Source of the DNA: a candidate division TM6 bacterium GW2011_GWF2_28_16 | GTDB taxonomy: Bacteria > Patescibacteriota > Microgenomatia > UBA1400 > PJMF01 | Length of the DNA stretch: 64,000 nt | Reading direction: 5' to 3' | Assembly: GCA_001029715.1 (NCBI GenBank) | Contig: CP011212.1 | Span: forward strand, 398,936 to 462,935 | Shown here: one piece after another, positions 17,641 to 26,687 of the stretch | Layout of the letters: every line of letters begins with the position of its first letter | Numbering within the stretch: the first letter of the stretch is position 1 | Notes under the pieces: generated by a model | The model's input: only the letters and a program-made list of their open reading frames with translations | Told to the model about the DNA's origin: nothing | Databases searched by the model: none | Translations under genes and position numbers: made by a program

Positions 17641-17779
17641 AAGAGGTCATTTTTGTCTTGCAATGGAGTTTTTTTGGTGATGGGGAGCAGTTTTGAAGGA
17701 TTTAATGATGCGTTTTTTAGAGTCAGCGTTAGGGATGAAAAAATAAATAAGCTCTTTTTAGAAAAGTTAGAGGAGATTT

Positions 17780-19996
17780 CTAAGAAATTTGATTAAAAAG
17801 TTGATCAGAAACTTCGCTTAATTTAATTTGTAGCGGAGGACCAGATGGATCAATAGGCTCATGTTTAAAACCAATTAAAGCAATGTTTTCTGAGCTGTTA
17901 TCTTTTTCATTCATGGGGTTCACTGTATTATCAATTCCCAGCATAGTTTCTCTAATTTGCGTTTTAATGGTTTTGACTCTGGATTCATCCCAGTTTCCAG
18001 GATTAATCTTGCCTTCAAGTCTTTTGAGAGAAGACAGGATAATACGTTTAAGGGTTTTATCTTCAAGAGTATCCAAATATTTAAGATCTTGCTGAGCTAA
18101 ATAAAAATGTTTGTTAAGTTTTAATAGAGAATAACCAAATTCTTCTTCAACTTCTGAGTTGATACTCGAACTTGGGTTGTCCCAGTCTTTTGGTTGATAT
18201 GAATATGGTAAGACATAAAGATGGGAGCTATTAGTAACTTCTTTTCGTTGATAGTCTTCCATCTGTTCTATTTCTGTTGTTCTATTTTCTGCAATTGGCT
18301 TAGCTGCAATAGTCGAGTTTTGATAAAGATCGCGATTTTTAATTGCTAATAGATATGAAAAAACTACTCTTTCTATCCAAGCTTTTTCAGTAGGAGCTAA
18401 TTTAGATAAGGTTGGAGTTTCCATCTGTTCATTGATTCCAAAAGTAAACACTCTTTTGCCTAGTTGCAAAGAAACTTGTAAATTGTGAGGGCTGACAGTG
18501 CGCTTGAAAGTAAGTTGTTTCAAGCCAACTTGAAACAATAATTTGTCCTGACCCTGAGACTGATCAAGGTTTACACTAATACCTCTTTTGGAAACAGGGA
18601 ACATTCCACCCCTAGCTTGGTCTTTGAGTTCTGTTAGCGGAGTGGTTTCATTTAAATTTAATTCAGGACGAAGAAAAGCTAAAACAGCTGCAACTTCGGT
18701 TACTTCTAATGGTTTGTTAGATAAATTAAGTAAATGAGGAAGATTGGTTCTAAATTCTGCAAGCGAAGATGGATCTAATTCGTCTAAATTATCTAGAGTA
18801 ATATTTCCTCTCCAAGTCAGAAGAATATTTTCTTGATTATTAACAGTTTTTGAGGGGAGTACAAAACCACCAAAATTGCCTTCTTTTTTTATTAGAAGCA
18901 ATTCTTCTTCCATAATGAATTCAATCAGCTTATTTGCCAAGGGATCATGAGTAAAATTGTCAGATTTTTCACAAAATGCTGTCAGATTTTGTTCTGACCC
19001 TGTCATTTTGGCAAAAGAATCTAAACCAGCCGATCTTACGTTTTTGTTAAAAATGCGGTCATCAGCTAAAGAAATAGGAGGACATTCAAAAACTTTTCTT
19101 AAAATTATTTCTTTGGCTTTTGATTTTTTGAGATTAACCCTCATTTGGGCTTGTCTCTCTTTTCTTCTAGAGCTGACATGAGTAATCGTTAATTTTCCGT
19201 TTTCATCATATTTTCCACGACTATCTACTGCTACATAAGCACTCAGGGCGTCAAATGTTTCCAGAACATACTGAGCCTGACAACGCATTTTATAGTCAGG
19301 GTGATGGAGCCGTGTAAAACTAAGAGCGTCGAACAAATTATAGGAGTTTTCTATTTTGTCGTAACCTAAGTCCTCAAATGTTTCTAAAATTATTAATTGT
19401 TTTTCGCGATCTTTACATTTTAAAATTTCTGAAGAAAGCCGATAAAGATTGCTAATAATTTTTTTGAAAGGGAGATCGTCAATTTTTGGAATGGCCTGCT
19501 CCGGAGTTCCCTTCCTTTTTCTTTTTTTATCAGTTTCGTTTTTTGGATCAAATTCTTCTTGATTAATTGATCCTCTAATTCCATTAATTCGAGATTGAGT
19601 AGCAGCATCTTTTAATAAAGGTGAGACAGCATCAGTGCCTTGATTAAAATACTCAATTTTATCTTTATGTTCTTGAAAAAATTTATCTAAAGTGTGGTCG
19701 AAAATTTGGAAATCAGACATGCCCATATTTGTTGCAAGAATCAAAGCTTCTTGGTATTTAGCACTCAACTTAGAGTTTAGACCATTTATTAGAAAAGCAA
19801 ATTCATCATGGCTGCACCAGTGTTGTTCTTTTTGATCAGAGAGAAGTTCTAAAACCTTATCTAAGATTTTTTCTTCAAATTCTTCTAAAAGAAGATAAGA
19901 ACTTTCTTTAATTCCCGCATAAATTGGCAACAGATCGGAAAATTTTTGTGCCCGCTCAATTTGTTGATAATTTTCTAGTGGCTCACTTTCGCTCAT
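17780..19996 (-). CDS. Hypothetical large soluble protein (738 aa), unknown function
   Basis: ORF track; long uninterrupted frame with non-repetitive composition and a KKRKRKG basic patch. No nucleotide-binding or nuclease motif recognised. Confidence 0.55.
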   Translation of the reverse strand: MSESEPLENYQQIERAQKFSDLLPIYAGIKESSYLLLEEFEEKILDKVLELLSDQKEQHWCSHDEFAFLINGLNSKLSAKYQEALILATNMGMSDFQIFDHTLDKFFQEHKDKIEYFNQGTDAVSPLLKDAATQSRINGIRGSINQEEFDPKNETDKKRKRKGTPEQAIPKIDDLPFKKIISNLYRLSSEILKCKDREKQLIILETFEDLGYDKIENSYNLFDALSFTRLHHPDYKMRCQAQYVLETFDALSAYVAVDSRGKYDENGKLTITHVSSRRKERQAQMRVNLKKSKAKEIILRKVFECPPISLADDRIFNKNVRSAGLDSFAKMTGSEQNLTAFCEKSDNFTHDPLANKLIEFIMEEELLLIKKEGNFGGFVLPSKTVNNQENILLTWRGNITLDNLDELDPSSLAEFRTNLPHLLNLSNKPLEVTEVAAVLAFLRPELNLNETTPLTELKDQARGGMFPVSKRGISVNLDQSQGQDKLLFQVGLKQLTFKRTVSPHNLQVSLQLGKRVFTFGINEQMETPTLSKLAPTEKAWIERVVFSYLLAIKNRDLYQNSTIAAKPIAENRTTEIEQMEDYQRKEVTNSSHLYVLPYSYQPKDWDNPSSSINSEVEEEFGYSLLKLNKHFYLAQQDLKYLDTLEDKTLKRIILSSLKRLEGKINPGNWDESRVKTIKTQIRETMLGIDNTVNPMNEKDNSSENIALIGFKHEPIDPSGPPLQIKLSEVSDQLFNQIS

Positions 19997-20032
19997 AATT
20001 TAGATAAAAATTAATTTAAGGATGTTTATTTG

Positions 20033-20104
20033 TGACCCCACGCAGAATCGAACTGCGGTTACAAGGATGAGAACCTTGTGTCCTAACCACTAGACGATGG
20101 GGCC
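20033..20104 (-). tRNA. tRNA-Glu (anticodon CUC)
   Basis: Reverse complement GGCCCCATCGTCTAGTGGTTAGGACACAAGGTTCTCATCCTTGTAACCGCAGTTCGATTCTGCGTGGGGTCA folds as a cloverleaf. 7-bp acceptor stem, D-arm GTCT/GGAC, anticodon loop TTCTCAT, T-loop TTCGATT. CCA not encoded. Confidence 0.8.
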
Positions 20105-20183
20105 GATCCAGAGATTATACCAAATTTGCCTTGATTTTGTAAACGCTACACTTCTTGTAATTTGGTTCAGTGATAATAAGTTA

Positions 20184-20927
20184 ATGATAATTATTTTATT
20201 TTTCTTAACTTTATTTTTTTCTGTTAGACAAATTGAGGCACAGAGTTTTTCTTATCAATTTATTTTGGCAAATAATTCAATTGATTTAGATTTTTTAAAA
20301 AAGTTAGAATTAAATTTAGAAGAGCAAAAGCCAAAAAATTTTCTCTCTTTTGAATATAAGTTGGAAAAACAAAATGATTTGCCCTCAGATCTTCCTTTAT
20401 TTATTGTTGCTTTTGATAAAGAAGTGCTTTTTTCAGTCGATTCCAGCTTGGCAGATAGTTTATTTCACCAGGTAGAAATAAATTTAACCAATCGAAATGA
20501 TCGAATACCAGTTTTTTATCAAAGCAATTATTTAGATGGTTTTAAGCTCACATTGGAAAATTTAATTTTTATTGAAGAGCCAATTCTTAATAAGGATAAA
20601 ACTTCAATAATTAAAGACCTAAGCGTCATTAGAGAATTAGATCAATCTCTTAGCATTATTTTTTCTCTAGAAGAAACAGAAAAAAGACAACATTCTTTTC
20701 AGCTGATTTGTCTTGATGAAGGAGGCGAAGTTACAAACTCAAATAAATTATTTAAGAATGACGACTTTCTTTGGTCTGACTTTTTTTTTACAAATTCTTT
20801 TTCTAATAAAAAAAATGAATTTATTTTTCACTTGGATAAGCTCGAATGCTCTGGGCTTGTTTATGTACTTACTGACTTTTCTATTCAGTCAGATAAAACT
20901 TCAATTATCAGAGTGGAGGACTTATGA
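20184..20927 (+). CDS. Hypothetical secreted protein (signal peptide; start trimmed to avoid the tRNA)
   Basis: ORF track frame 20097..20927 overlaps the tRNA. The internal Met at 20184 starts MIIILFFLTLFFSVRQIEAQS, which is signal-peptide-like. Confidence 0.45.
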   Translation: MIIILFFLTLFFSVRQIEAQSFSYQFILANNSIDLDFLKKLELNLEEQKPKNFLSFEYKLEKQNDLPSDLPLFIVAFDKEVLFSVDSSLADSLFHQVEINLTNRNDRIPVFYQSNYLDGFKLTLENLIFIEEPILNKDKTSIIKDLSVIRELDQSLSIIFSLEETEKRQHSFQLICLDEGGEVTNSNKLFKNDDFLWSDFFFTNSFSNKKNEFIFHLDKLECSGLVYVLTDFSIQSDKTSIIRVEDL

Positions 20928-21532
20928 AGGAAATTAAATTAAATTGTTTTTCTTCGAATGAATTATGTATAAATTCTTCTTCTCTTGAAAATTTTGTAAT
21001 CAATGATCCAACAGATCAGGAATTTTCTTTGCAAATTGCAAACCATGGCAATAAGGATTGTGAGCTTAATTTATCAACAAAGAATTTCAATGAAGATAGT
21101 TTTTTTGGTCAAGTTGAGCTTTTAATTTCTAGTCAAAATGAATTATTTTTTCGAGATAATTTGGACCAGTTTTTTAAGCAAAAAATAAACCTGAGCTCGA
21201 TTAGGGCTCAATCTTCAAAAACATATTATTTTTATTTAGATTTTCTAAATTTAATAACCAATGAAGAACAATTTTCAGTTAATTTTGACTTGTTGCTTGA
21301 TTTTGTTTGCCATGAGCCAAGTAAATTAGAGGAATTGCCTAATGAAGCTAATGAACTAGAAATAGAAACGCAAGAATTTACTAAGGGAGTGGTTTTATCT
21401 GCTAGTTCTAGTGCGGAGGTGAAACAGAATCTCCCACAAGTTTTTTTGTTTTTCTATTTATTGTCGATCTTGTTTGTCATAGCTTTTTTTGTCATAATTA
21501 AATTCATTAATGGCAAAAATAAGAAAAAGTAA
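20924..21532 (+). CDS. Hypothetical surface protein with C-terminal hydrophobic anchor and basic tail
   Basis: C-terminus ...NLPQVFLFFYLLSILFVIAFFVIIKFINGKNKKK, a hydrophobic helix plus KNKKK resembling a sorting-signal or tail-anchor architecture. 4-nt overlap with the upstream gene. Confidence 0.45.
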   Translation: MKEIKLNCFSSNELCINSSSLENFVINDPTDQEFSLQIANHGNKDCELNLSTKNFNEDSFFGQVELLISSQNELFFRDNLDQFFKQKINLSSIRAQSSKTYYFYLDFLNLITNEEQFSVNFDLLLDFVCHEPSKLEELPNEANELEIETQEFTKGVVLSASSSAEVKQNLPQVFLFFYLLSILFVIAFFVIIKFINGKNKKK

Positions 21533-22430
21533 AAGTAAAAGAAACTTTTGGTTTAAATTGAGTCATTTCTTTAGACCACAAGCTTCGAACAGATATCGTT
21601 CGAAACTCCTTCATCCTCAGTCGATGTTGGTGACATCCTTTATTTTATTGGCATTTTTTGCTCTTTTTAATGCGGTTAGGTTTTTTCCTAATTTAACAGA
21701 TAAAGTTTTAGGTTTTAGCTCAAACATTAGTACTAGTGATTTGCTTGATAAGACCAATCAAGAACGCCAAAGACTAGGCCTATCTAAGCTCGTTTTAAAT
21801 GAAGAGCTCAATCAAGCGGCTTTGGCTAAAGCTCAAGATATGTTCAATGATCAGTATTGGGCTCATGTTGCTCCAGATGGCAAGCAGGCCTGGGATTTTA
21901 TCAAAGAAACAGATTATTCTTATAAATATGCTGGAGAAAACTTAGCCAGAGATTTTAATACTAGCGATGAAGTAGTTGAGGCTTGGATAGCTTCTCCCTC
22001 TCATTATGAAAATTTGACTAATAAAGATTTTACCCAGATGGGTTTAGCGATTGTTAACGGTAATCTTAAGGGTTTCAATACGACTTTGGTTGTGCAATTA
22101 TTTGCTGTGCCCTCATCTGTGGCGATGAAAGATCAGGCCGGTAGTGATTTTTATTTACCAAAGGCTGCTGAAGCAACTTTTCACGAAAATGAGCTAGTGG
22201 CTGGCGAAAAAACTGCCAATAAGGAAATAGTTTTTTCCTCGCTTAATTTTACAAAAACTTTTTTCTTATTAGTAGTTCTTTTGATTATTTTAACCTTAAT
22301 CTATGATGCTTTGATAGCTTCTAGTAGAAAGTATCAGCGTCTAGTTGGACAAAACTTTGCCCATGTTGCTCTTTTTGTTACCGTTGCTTTCTTATTAGTT
22401 TTATTCAAGGGAGGTTCGGTTTTGCCATGA
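21510..22430 (+). CDS. CAP/SCP (PR-1-like) domain membrane protein
   Basis: CAP signatures YWAHVAPDG, AGENLARDF, WIASPSHYENL, flanked by an N-terminal TM and a C-terminal hydrophobic region. Confidence 0.6.
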   Translation: MAKIRKSKSKRNFWFKLSHFFRPQASNRYRSKLLHPQSMLVTSFILLAFFALFNAVRFFPNLTDKVLGFSSNISTSDLLDKTNQERQRLGLSKLVLNEELNQAALAKAQDMFNDQYWAHVAPDGKQAWDFIKETDYSYKYAGENLARDFNTSDEVVEAWIASPSHYENLTNKDFTQMGLAIVNGNLKGFNTTLVVQLFAVPSSVAMKDQAGSDFYLPKAAEATFHENELVAGEKTANKEIVFSSLNFTKTFFLLVVLLIILTLIYDALIASSRKYQRLVGQNFAHVALFVTVAFLLVLFKGGSVLP

Positions 22431-22684
22431 AAAGTTTTCTGAAAAAAAATCAAATTGCTTATCTTTTTCTCATGATTTTATTGGTAGCTTTTATTTATTT
22501 ATTTATGAGAGCTTGGCCAAATGGACAAATGCAACGTTATATTGCGATTGCTTTTGGAGTTATTTACTTTTTTTGGGGAGTAATTACTCATACCAAGAGT
22601 AAAAGAATTAATAGCGAAATTGTTTTTGAGTATTTATCAGTTTCTATGCTGGCTATACTTGTAATCGTTTTGATTACTTTATAA
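22427..22684 (+). CDS. Small membrane protein (85 aa, 2-3 TM)
   Basis: ORF track; hydrophobic; 4-nt overlap with the CAP gene. Confidence 0.4.
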   Translation: MKSFLKKNQIAYLFLMILLVAFIYLFMRAWPNGQMQRYIAIAFGVIYFFWGVITHTKSKRINSEIVFEYLSVSMLAILVIVLITL

Positions 22685-22749
22685 TAATGGCTTGCTTTTG
22701 AAAAAGGCTCGTGTTAGTTTTGACTAGTAAAAAAGAAAGGTTGTTTATT

Positions 22750-23496
22750 ATGGCAAGTAAAGAAATGAAGGGGATTATTTTGGCCGGTGGAGCAGGAACT
22801 CGTCTTTATCCGTTAACCAAAGTAACTAGCAAACAACTATTACCAGTTTATAACAAACCAATGATCCAATATCCGCTTGAGACTTTAATAAGAGCGGGAA
22901 TCAAAGATATTTTGATTATTGTTGCTCCAGATCACGCTGGTGATTTTCTCAAATGTTTGGGCAGTGGAAAAGAATATGGTTGCCATTTCACTTATGAAAT
23001 TCAAGATAAACCAGAGGGAATTGCTCAAGCTTTTTTAATTGGTCAAGATTTTATTGATCACGACAATGTTACTTTGATTTTAGGTGATAATCTCTATGAA
23101 GACGATTTCTCGGAAGCAATCAAAACTTTTAAGAGTGGCGGGCGTATTTTTGCCAAAAAAGTTGTTGACCCACAGCGTTTTGGTGTAGTTGAGTTCAATG
23201 AAAATAATAAAGCAATCTCAATTGAAGAAAAGCCAAAGCATCCAAAATCTGAATATTCAGTAACTGGTCTTTATATTTATGATTCAACTGTAATTGAAAA
23301 AATTAAGAGTCTTTCTTTTTCAGACAGAGGTGAGCTGGAAATTACAGATCTCAATAATCTCTATCTCAAAGAAGATAAGCTCGATGTAGCCTTTGTTAAA
23401 GGCAAGTGGTTTGATACTGGAACTTTTGAATCGATGCATGAGGCTATTACTTTTGCGAGAGATCGCCACCTAGCCAAAGAAGCTCGCTCACTGTAA
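22750..23496 (+). CDS. rmlA: Glucose-1-phosphate thymidylyltransferase (short form) / sugar-1-P nucleotidyltransferase
   Basis: N-terminal GIILAGGAGTRLYPLTKVTSKQLLPVYNKPMIQYPL is the RmlA signature. Start chosen at MASKEMKG after the AGAAAGG RBS; the ORF-track frame opens at 22711. Confidence 0.7.
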   Translation: MASKEMKGIILAGGAGTRLYPLTKVTSKQLLPVYNKPMIQYPLETLIRAGIKDILIIVAPDHAGDFLKCLGSGKEYGCHFTYEIQDKPEGIAQAFLIGQDFIDHDNVTLILGDNLYEDDFSEAIKTFKSGGRIFAKKVVDPQRFGVVEFNENNKAISIEEKPKHPKSEYSVTGLYIYDSTVIEKIKSLSFSDRGELEITDLNNLYLKEDKLDVAFVKGKWFDTGTFESMHEAITFARDRHLAKEARSL

Positions 23497-23505
23497 AATA
23501 ATTTT

Positions 23506-24342
23506 ATGAAAAGATTGGTCTTTTTTTTCTTGTCTTTTTTTCTATTGCTTTCACCTGCTCGTGCTCAAGAAGTTGGGTCAACTGACAGCTCTAGTCTAAA
23601 GACTGATGGAATTTGGCAAAAAGAACGTCTTGATGAAGAAATTTCTACTTTAAAAGCAAGTTATCAATCTCAATTAGAAAATTATCTCTATCAAGATAAA
23701 CTATATAGAATTGCCTACGATCAACATCAGGAATTACAAACTTTATCTTCTATAGAAGACCTAACCCAAAAAGCCAAAAGCTTAGGAATTTATAGAGATG
23801 AAGTTTTAATTAGTTATTTAAATTTATTGAGGCTAAATTTAATTGCCACTGAGGGGATTGAACTTTCCCTTAAGAATGAATCTTTGGCTAAATTAGAAAC
23901 GACACTTGATTACATAGGTATCCATCAAGAAAATTTAAAGAACATTAATGATAGAGATCAGGTTGTGGCTTCCTTGATGACTTTTACGACTGATCAAAAA
24001 AATCTCAATAATTTAGCAAATGAAGTTCTAGTTTTATTATCAGTTGGCAACTTACAGGTGATTTATGATAAATCAGTGGTTCTTAAGGGAGAAATTGATC
24101 TTTATTTAGAACAAAAAGGCACTTCAACTTTACCATCCATAGATCGAGCTAGTTATGAAACGAATCGTAGTTTAGATTCTGCCAAGTTGAAGCTAGACAC
24201 TTTTTGGACTGATGTTATCGAGCATAGAACTAGCAATTGGTATTTAGCTAAATTTTATGATCAATTACCAAAAACTTTAAATCCTATTTATGTCAATCTT
24301 TCACAGTCAATTTCTTATTTAAGTGAATTACTAAGTATTTAA
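23506..24342 (+). CDS. Hypothetical secreted protein (278 aa)
   Basis: Cleavable-looking signal peptide MKRLVFFFLSFFLLLSPARAQE, then a helix-rich body. Confidence 0.5.
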   Translation: MKRLVFFFLSFFLLLSPARAQEVGSTDSSSLKTDGIWQKERLDEEISTLKASYQSQLENYLYQDKLYRIAYDQHQELQTLSSIEDLTQKAKSLGIYRDEVLISYLNLLRLNLIATEGIELSLKNESLAKLETTLDYIGIHQENLKNINDRDQVVASLMTFTTDQKNLNNLANEVLVLLSVGNLQVIYDKSVVLKGEIDLYLEQKGTSTLPSIDRASYETNRSLDSAKLKLDTFWTDVIEHRTSNWYLAKFYDQLPKTLNPIYVNLSQSISYLSELLSI

Positions 24343-24346
24343 AAAT

Positions 24347-24706
24347 ATGTTTTCAAGAAAAGAATTTAATCAAACCAGTCAAACTGAATTCGTCGAAGAT
24401 GGAGCTTTCATAGAAAGCTCTGCACATAAAAAATTCAACTTAAGAGACTTAAAGAATAATAAGAATTTGTTACCTTTTTATATCTTAATTGCTGTCCTAT
24501 TCTTCTTCTTTTTATTAATGATTATTAAAATAATTGGCAACAAGCAGACACCAGAGGCAGAAATGATAAAAAAAGTTGAAGAAAAAATTGAATTAGATCC
24601 GCTCAGTTTGCGAGCTAATGAGTTAAGAGCAAATCTCAAAGATCATGATCCAACTAAGCAAACCCTACCATTTCCCCAGGTTGATTTAGAATTTAATATC
24701 AATTAG
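24347..24706 (+). CDS. Hypothetical single-pass membrane protein (119 aa)
   Basis: ORF track; one TM helix (LLPFYILIAVLFFFFLLMIIKII). Confidence 0.4.
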   Translation: MFSRKEFNQTSQTEFVEDGAFIESSAHKKFNLRDLKNNKNLLPFYILIAVLFFFFLLMIIKIIGNKQTPEAEMIKKVEEKIELDPLSLRANELRANLKDHDPTKQTLPFPQVDLEFNIN

Positions 24707-24726
24707 AATGCCAAAAAAAGTAAACT

Positions 24727-25281
24727 ATGCCAATACATAAAGACTCATACTTAGAAAAATTTGAAAAAACACTAAACCACGCTCAAGATGGTTTTGCTAC
24801 TTTGCGCACTGGCAGAGCCAGCGCACAGCTTTTAGATAGTATTTTTGTTGAAGCCTATGGATCTAGAATGGCTTTGCATGAAGTAGCTTCCATCTCTGCT
24901 CCAGACACTCAGCTCTTAGTGGTTAAGCCTTGGGATAAAAATCTTTTTCCAGCCATAGAAAAAGCAATTCAGCAAGCTCAATTAAATTTAAATCCAATTA
25001 TTGATGGAGATATTATTAGAATTGCTGTGCCTTCCCTCACTCAGGAAAGAAGACAAGAAATGGTCAAAATTCTTAGTCAAAAAGAAGAAGAGGCTAAAGT
25101 GATGTTCCGTAGTGTGCGAGCTGAAATACGCAAAGATATAGAGAAACAAGAAGGGGAAGCGGGCGTTAGCGAAGATGATATTAAATCTGAAGTTATAGAA
25201 TTGGACGAGACTGTTAAAGAATACATTACTAATCTAGAAGAAATTTCTAAACAAAAAGAAAAAGAGCTTCTAAACATTTAG
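24727..25281 (+). CDS. frr: Ribosome recycling factor
   Basis: 184 aa; RRF signature blocks TLRTGRASAQLLDSI, VKPWDKNL, IRIAVPSLTQERRQEMVK. Confidence 0.85.
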   Translation: MPIHKDSYLEKFEKTLNHAQDGFATLRTGRASAQLLDSIFVEAYGSRMALHEVASISAPDTQLLVVKPWDKNLFPAIEKAIQQAQLNLNPIIDGDIIRIAVPSLTQERRQEMVKILSQKEEEAKVMFRSVRAEIRKDIEKQEGEAGVSEDDIKSEVIELDETVKEYITNLEEISKQKEKELLNI

Positions 25282-25292
25282 CTTAGGTTTTT

Positions 25293-26405
25293 ATGGCAGC
25301 TTTGATTTTTATTCTTATTTTGTCTTTTTTAGTGATCATTCATGAGGCTGGACATTTTCTTTTTGCCAGAAAAAATCATATTAAAGTCAGAGAATTTGGT
25401 TTAGGCTATCCACCCAGAATTTTAAAATTATTTTATTGGAGGGGGACTCTTTTTTCACTTAATTTAATTCCTTTTGGTGGTTTTGTGCAGATGGATGGTG
25501 AAAATGGTCCAGAGGGAGATGAAAATAATTCTGCAGATTCTTTTTATGAGAAATCAATCAGAGCTCGCTTGCAAGTTATTTTAGCAGGAGTGACTGTTAA
25601 CTTTATTTTTGGAATTATAGCTTTTGCCATTGTTTTTTATCGCTTAGGTATTCCTACGGCTTTAGATGGCCAAGCAAGAATTCAGGATATAGCTGACAAT
25701 TCTCCAGCGATGGTGGCTGGTTTAGTGTCAAATACTAATATTTTGGCTTTTAAAACTGTCGATCAGTGGGTAGAAATGAATAGCATTTCTGAAGTTCAAG
25801 ATTTTAGTGCGGCTCATCTGGGCGAAACACTTGAAATTAGAACTTCTTTACTTTGTGACCAGGAATTTTGTACCGATGAATATAGAGAGAGCTCTATTTA
25901 TTTAAGAACAGTTGAGGAAACACCGACTAATGAAGGTGCGATGGGAATTGCTTTTAGCGATACGATTTTCAAAAGTTATCCTTGGTACTTAATGCCTTTC
26001 ATGACTATCTTCCATGCTTTTAAGCAATCAATCGCTTTAGCAGTATTAATATTGCAATCTCTTTGGCAGTTAGTTGTAGATTTATTTGCAGGAAGAGGTG
26101 TTCAGCAAGAAGTAGCTGGTCCAATTGGAATCATTGATCAAGCTAACACTTATGGGTTTTTTGAGGGCGGTTTTTTGAGCATTCTCAATTTTGCAGCATT
26201 ATTGTCTATTAATTTAGGAATTATGAATTTATTGCCAATTCCTGCGCTAGATGGAGGAAGAGCAATTTTGATAATTTTAGAAAAATTTTTCAAGAGAAAA
26301 CACATTGATAAAATTGCGCATTATCTAAATTATTTTGGTTATATTTCCCTACTTGCTCTAATGATCATTGTTTCCTTTAATGATATAAGAAACATTTTTA
26401 AATAA
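25293..26405 (+). CDS. rseP: RIP zinc metalloprotease RseP (site-2 protease)
   Basis: HEAGHFLFAR (HExxH) in TM1; PDZ-like middle region; NLLPIPALDGGR (LDG motif) in the C-terminal TM. Confidence 0.8.
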   Translation: MAALIFILILSFLVIIHEAGHFLFARKNHIKVREFGLGYPPRILKLFYWRGTLFSLNLIPFGGFVQMDGENGPEGDENNSADSFYEKSIRARLQVILAGVTVNFIFGIIAFAIVFYRLGIPTALDGQARIQDIADNSPAMVAGLVSNTNILAFKTVDQWVEMNSISEVQDFSAAHLGETLEIRTSLLCDQEFCTDEYRESSIYLRTVEETPTNEGAMGIAFSDTIFKSYPWYLMPFMTIFHAFKQSIALAVLILQSLWQLVVDLFAGRGVQQEVAGPIGIIDQANTYGFFEGGFLSILNFAALLSINLGIMNLLPIPALDGGRAILIILEKFFKRKHIDKIAHYLNYFGYISLLALMIIVSFNDIRNIFK

Positions 26406-26408
26406 ACT

Positions 26409-26657
26409 ATGGCAAAAAAAAGAAGTAAGAAAGATCGTCTTCGTGCTGAGGCACATCGTCTCACAAAAGTTAAATTAAAATCATCTTCTGTTCCTAAAAG
26501 AGAACAAACACCTGAAAAATCTTCCGCAGAGGAGAATTATTTAGAAAAAATTTTTGCCTATGATTCTAGCTTAATTGTTAAAGATTTAAAGAAAACTTTT
26601 ATAGTAGTGATCATTATTTTACTTGTTTTGTTAGCAATTGCTTTGTTATATACTTGA
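26409..26657 (+). CDS. Small basic C-tail-anchored protein (82 aa)
   Basis: ORF track; basic N-terminal part with a single C-terminal TM. Confidence 0.4.
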   Translation: MAKKRSKKDRLRAEAHRLTKVKLKSSSVPKREQTPEKSSAEENYLEKIFAYDSSLIVKDLKKTFIVVIIILLVLLAIALLYT

Positions 26658-26687
26658 GACTTAGTTTAAATTTAAGAAAGGGTTTTA

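Noticed and set aside
20097-20183. N-terminal 29 codons of the ORF-track frame 20097..20927
   Set aside because: They overlap the 5' end of tRNA-Glu on the opposite strand. An internal Met at 20184 begins a typical signal peptide, so the shorter start is preferred.
19997-20183. Mobile-element signature at the tRNA-Glu locus (integrase, attL/attR direct repeat of the tRNA 3' end)
   Set aside because: No integrase or recombinase gene, and no duplicated tRNA 3' segment, was seen within the flanking cargo up to 22.7 kb downstream. The island hypothesis therefore rests only on unknown-function genes abutting a tRNA.
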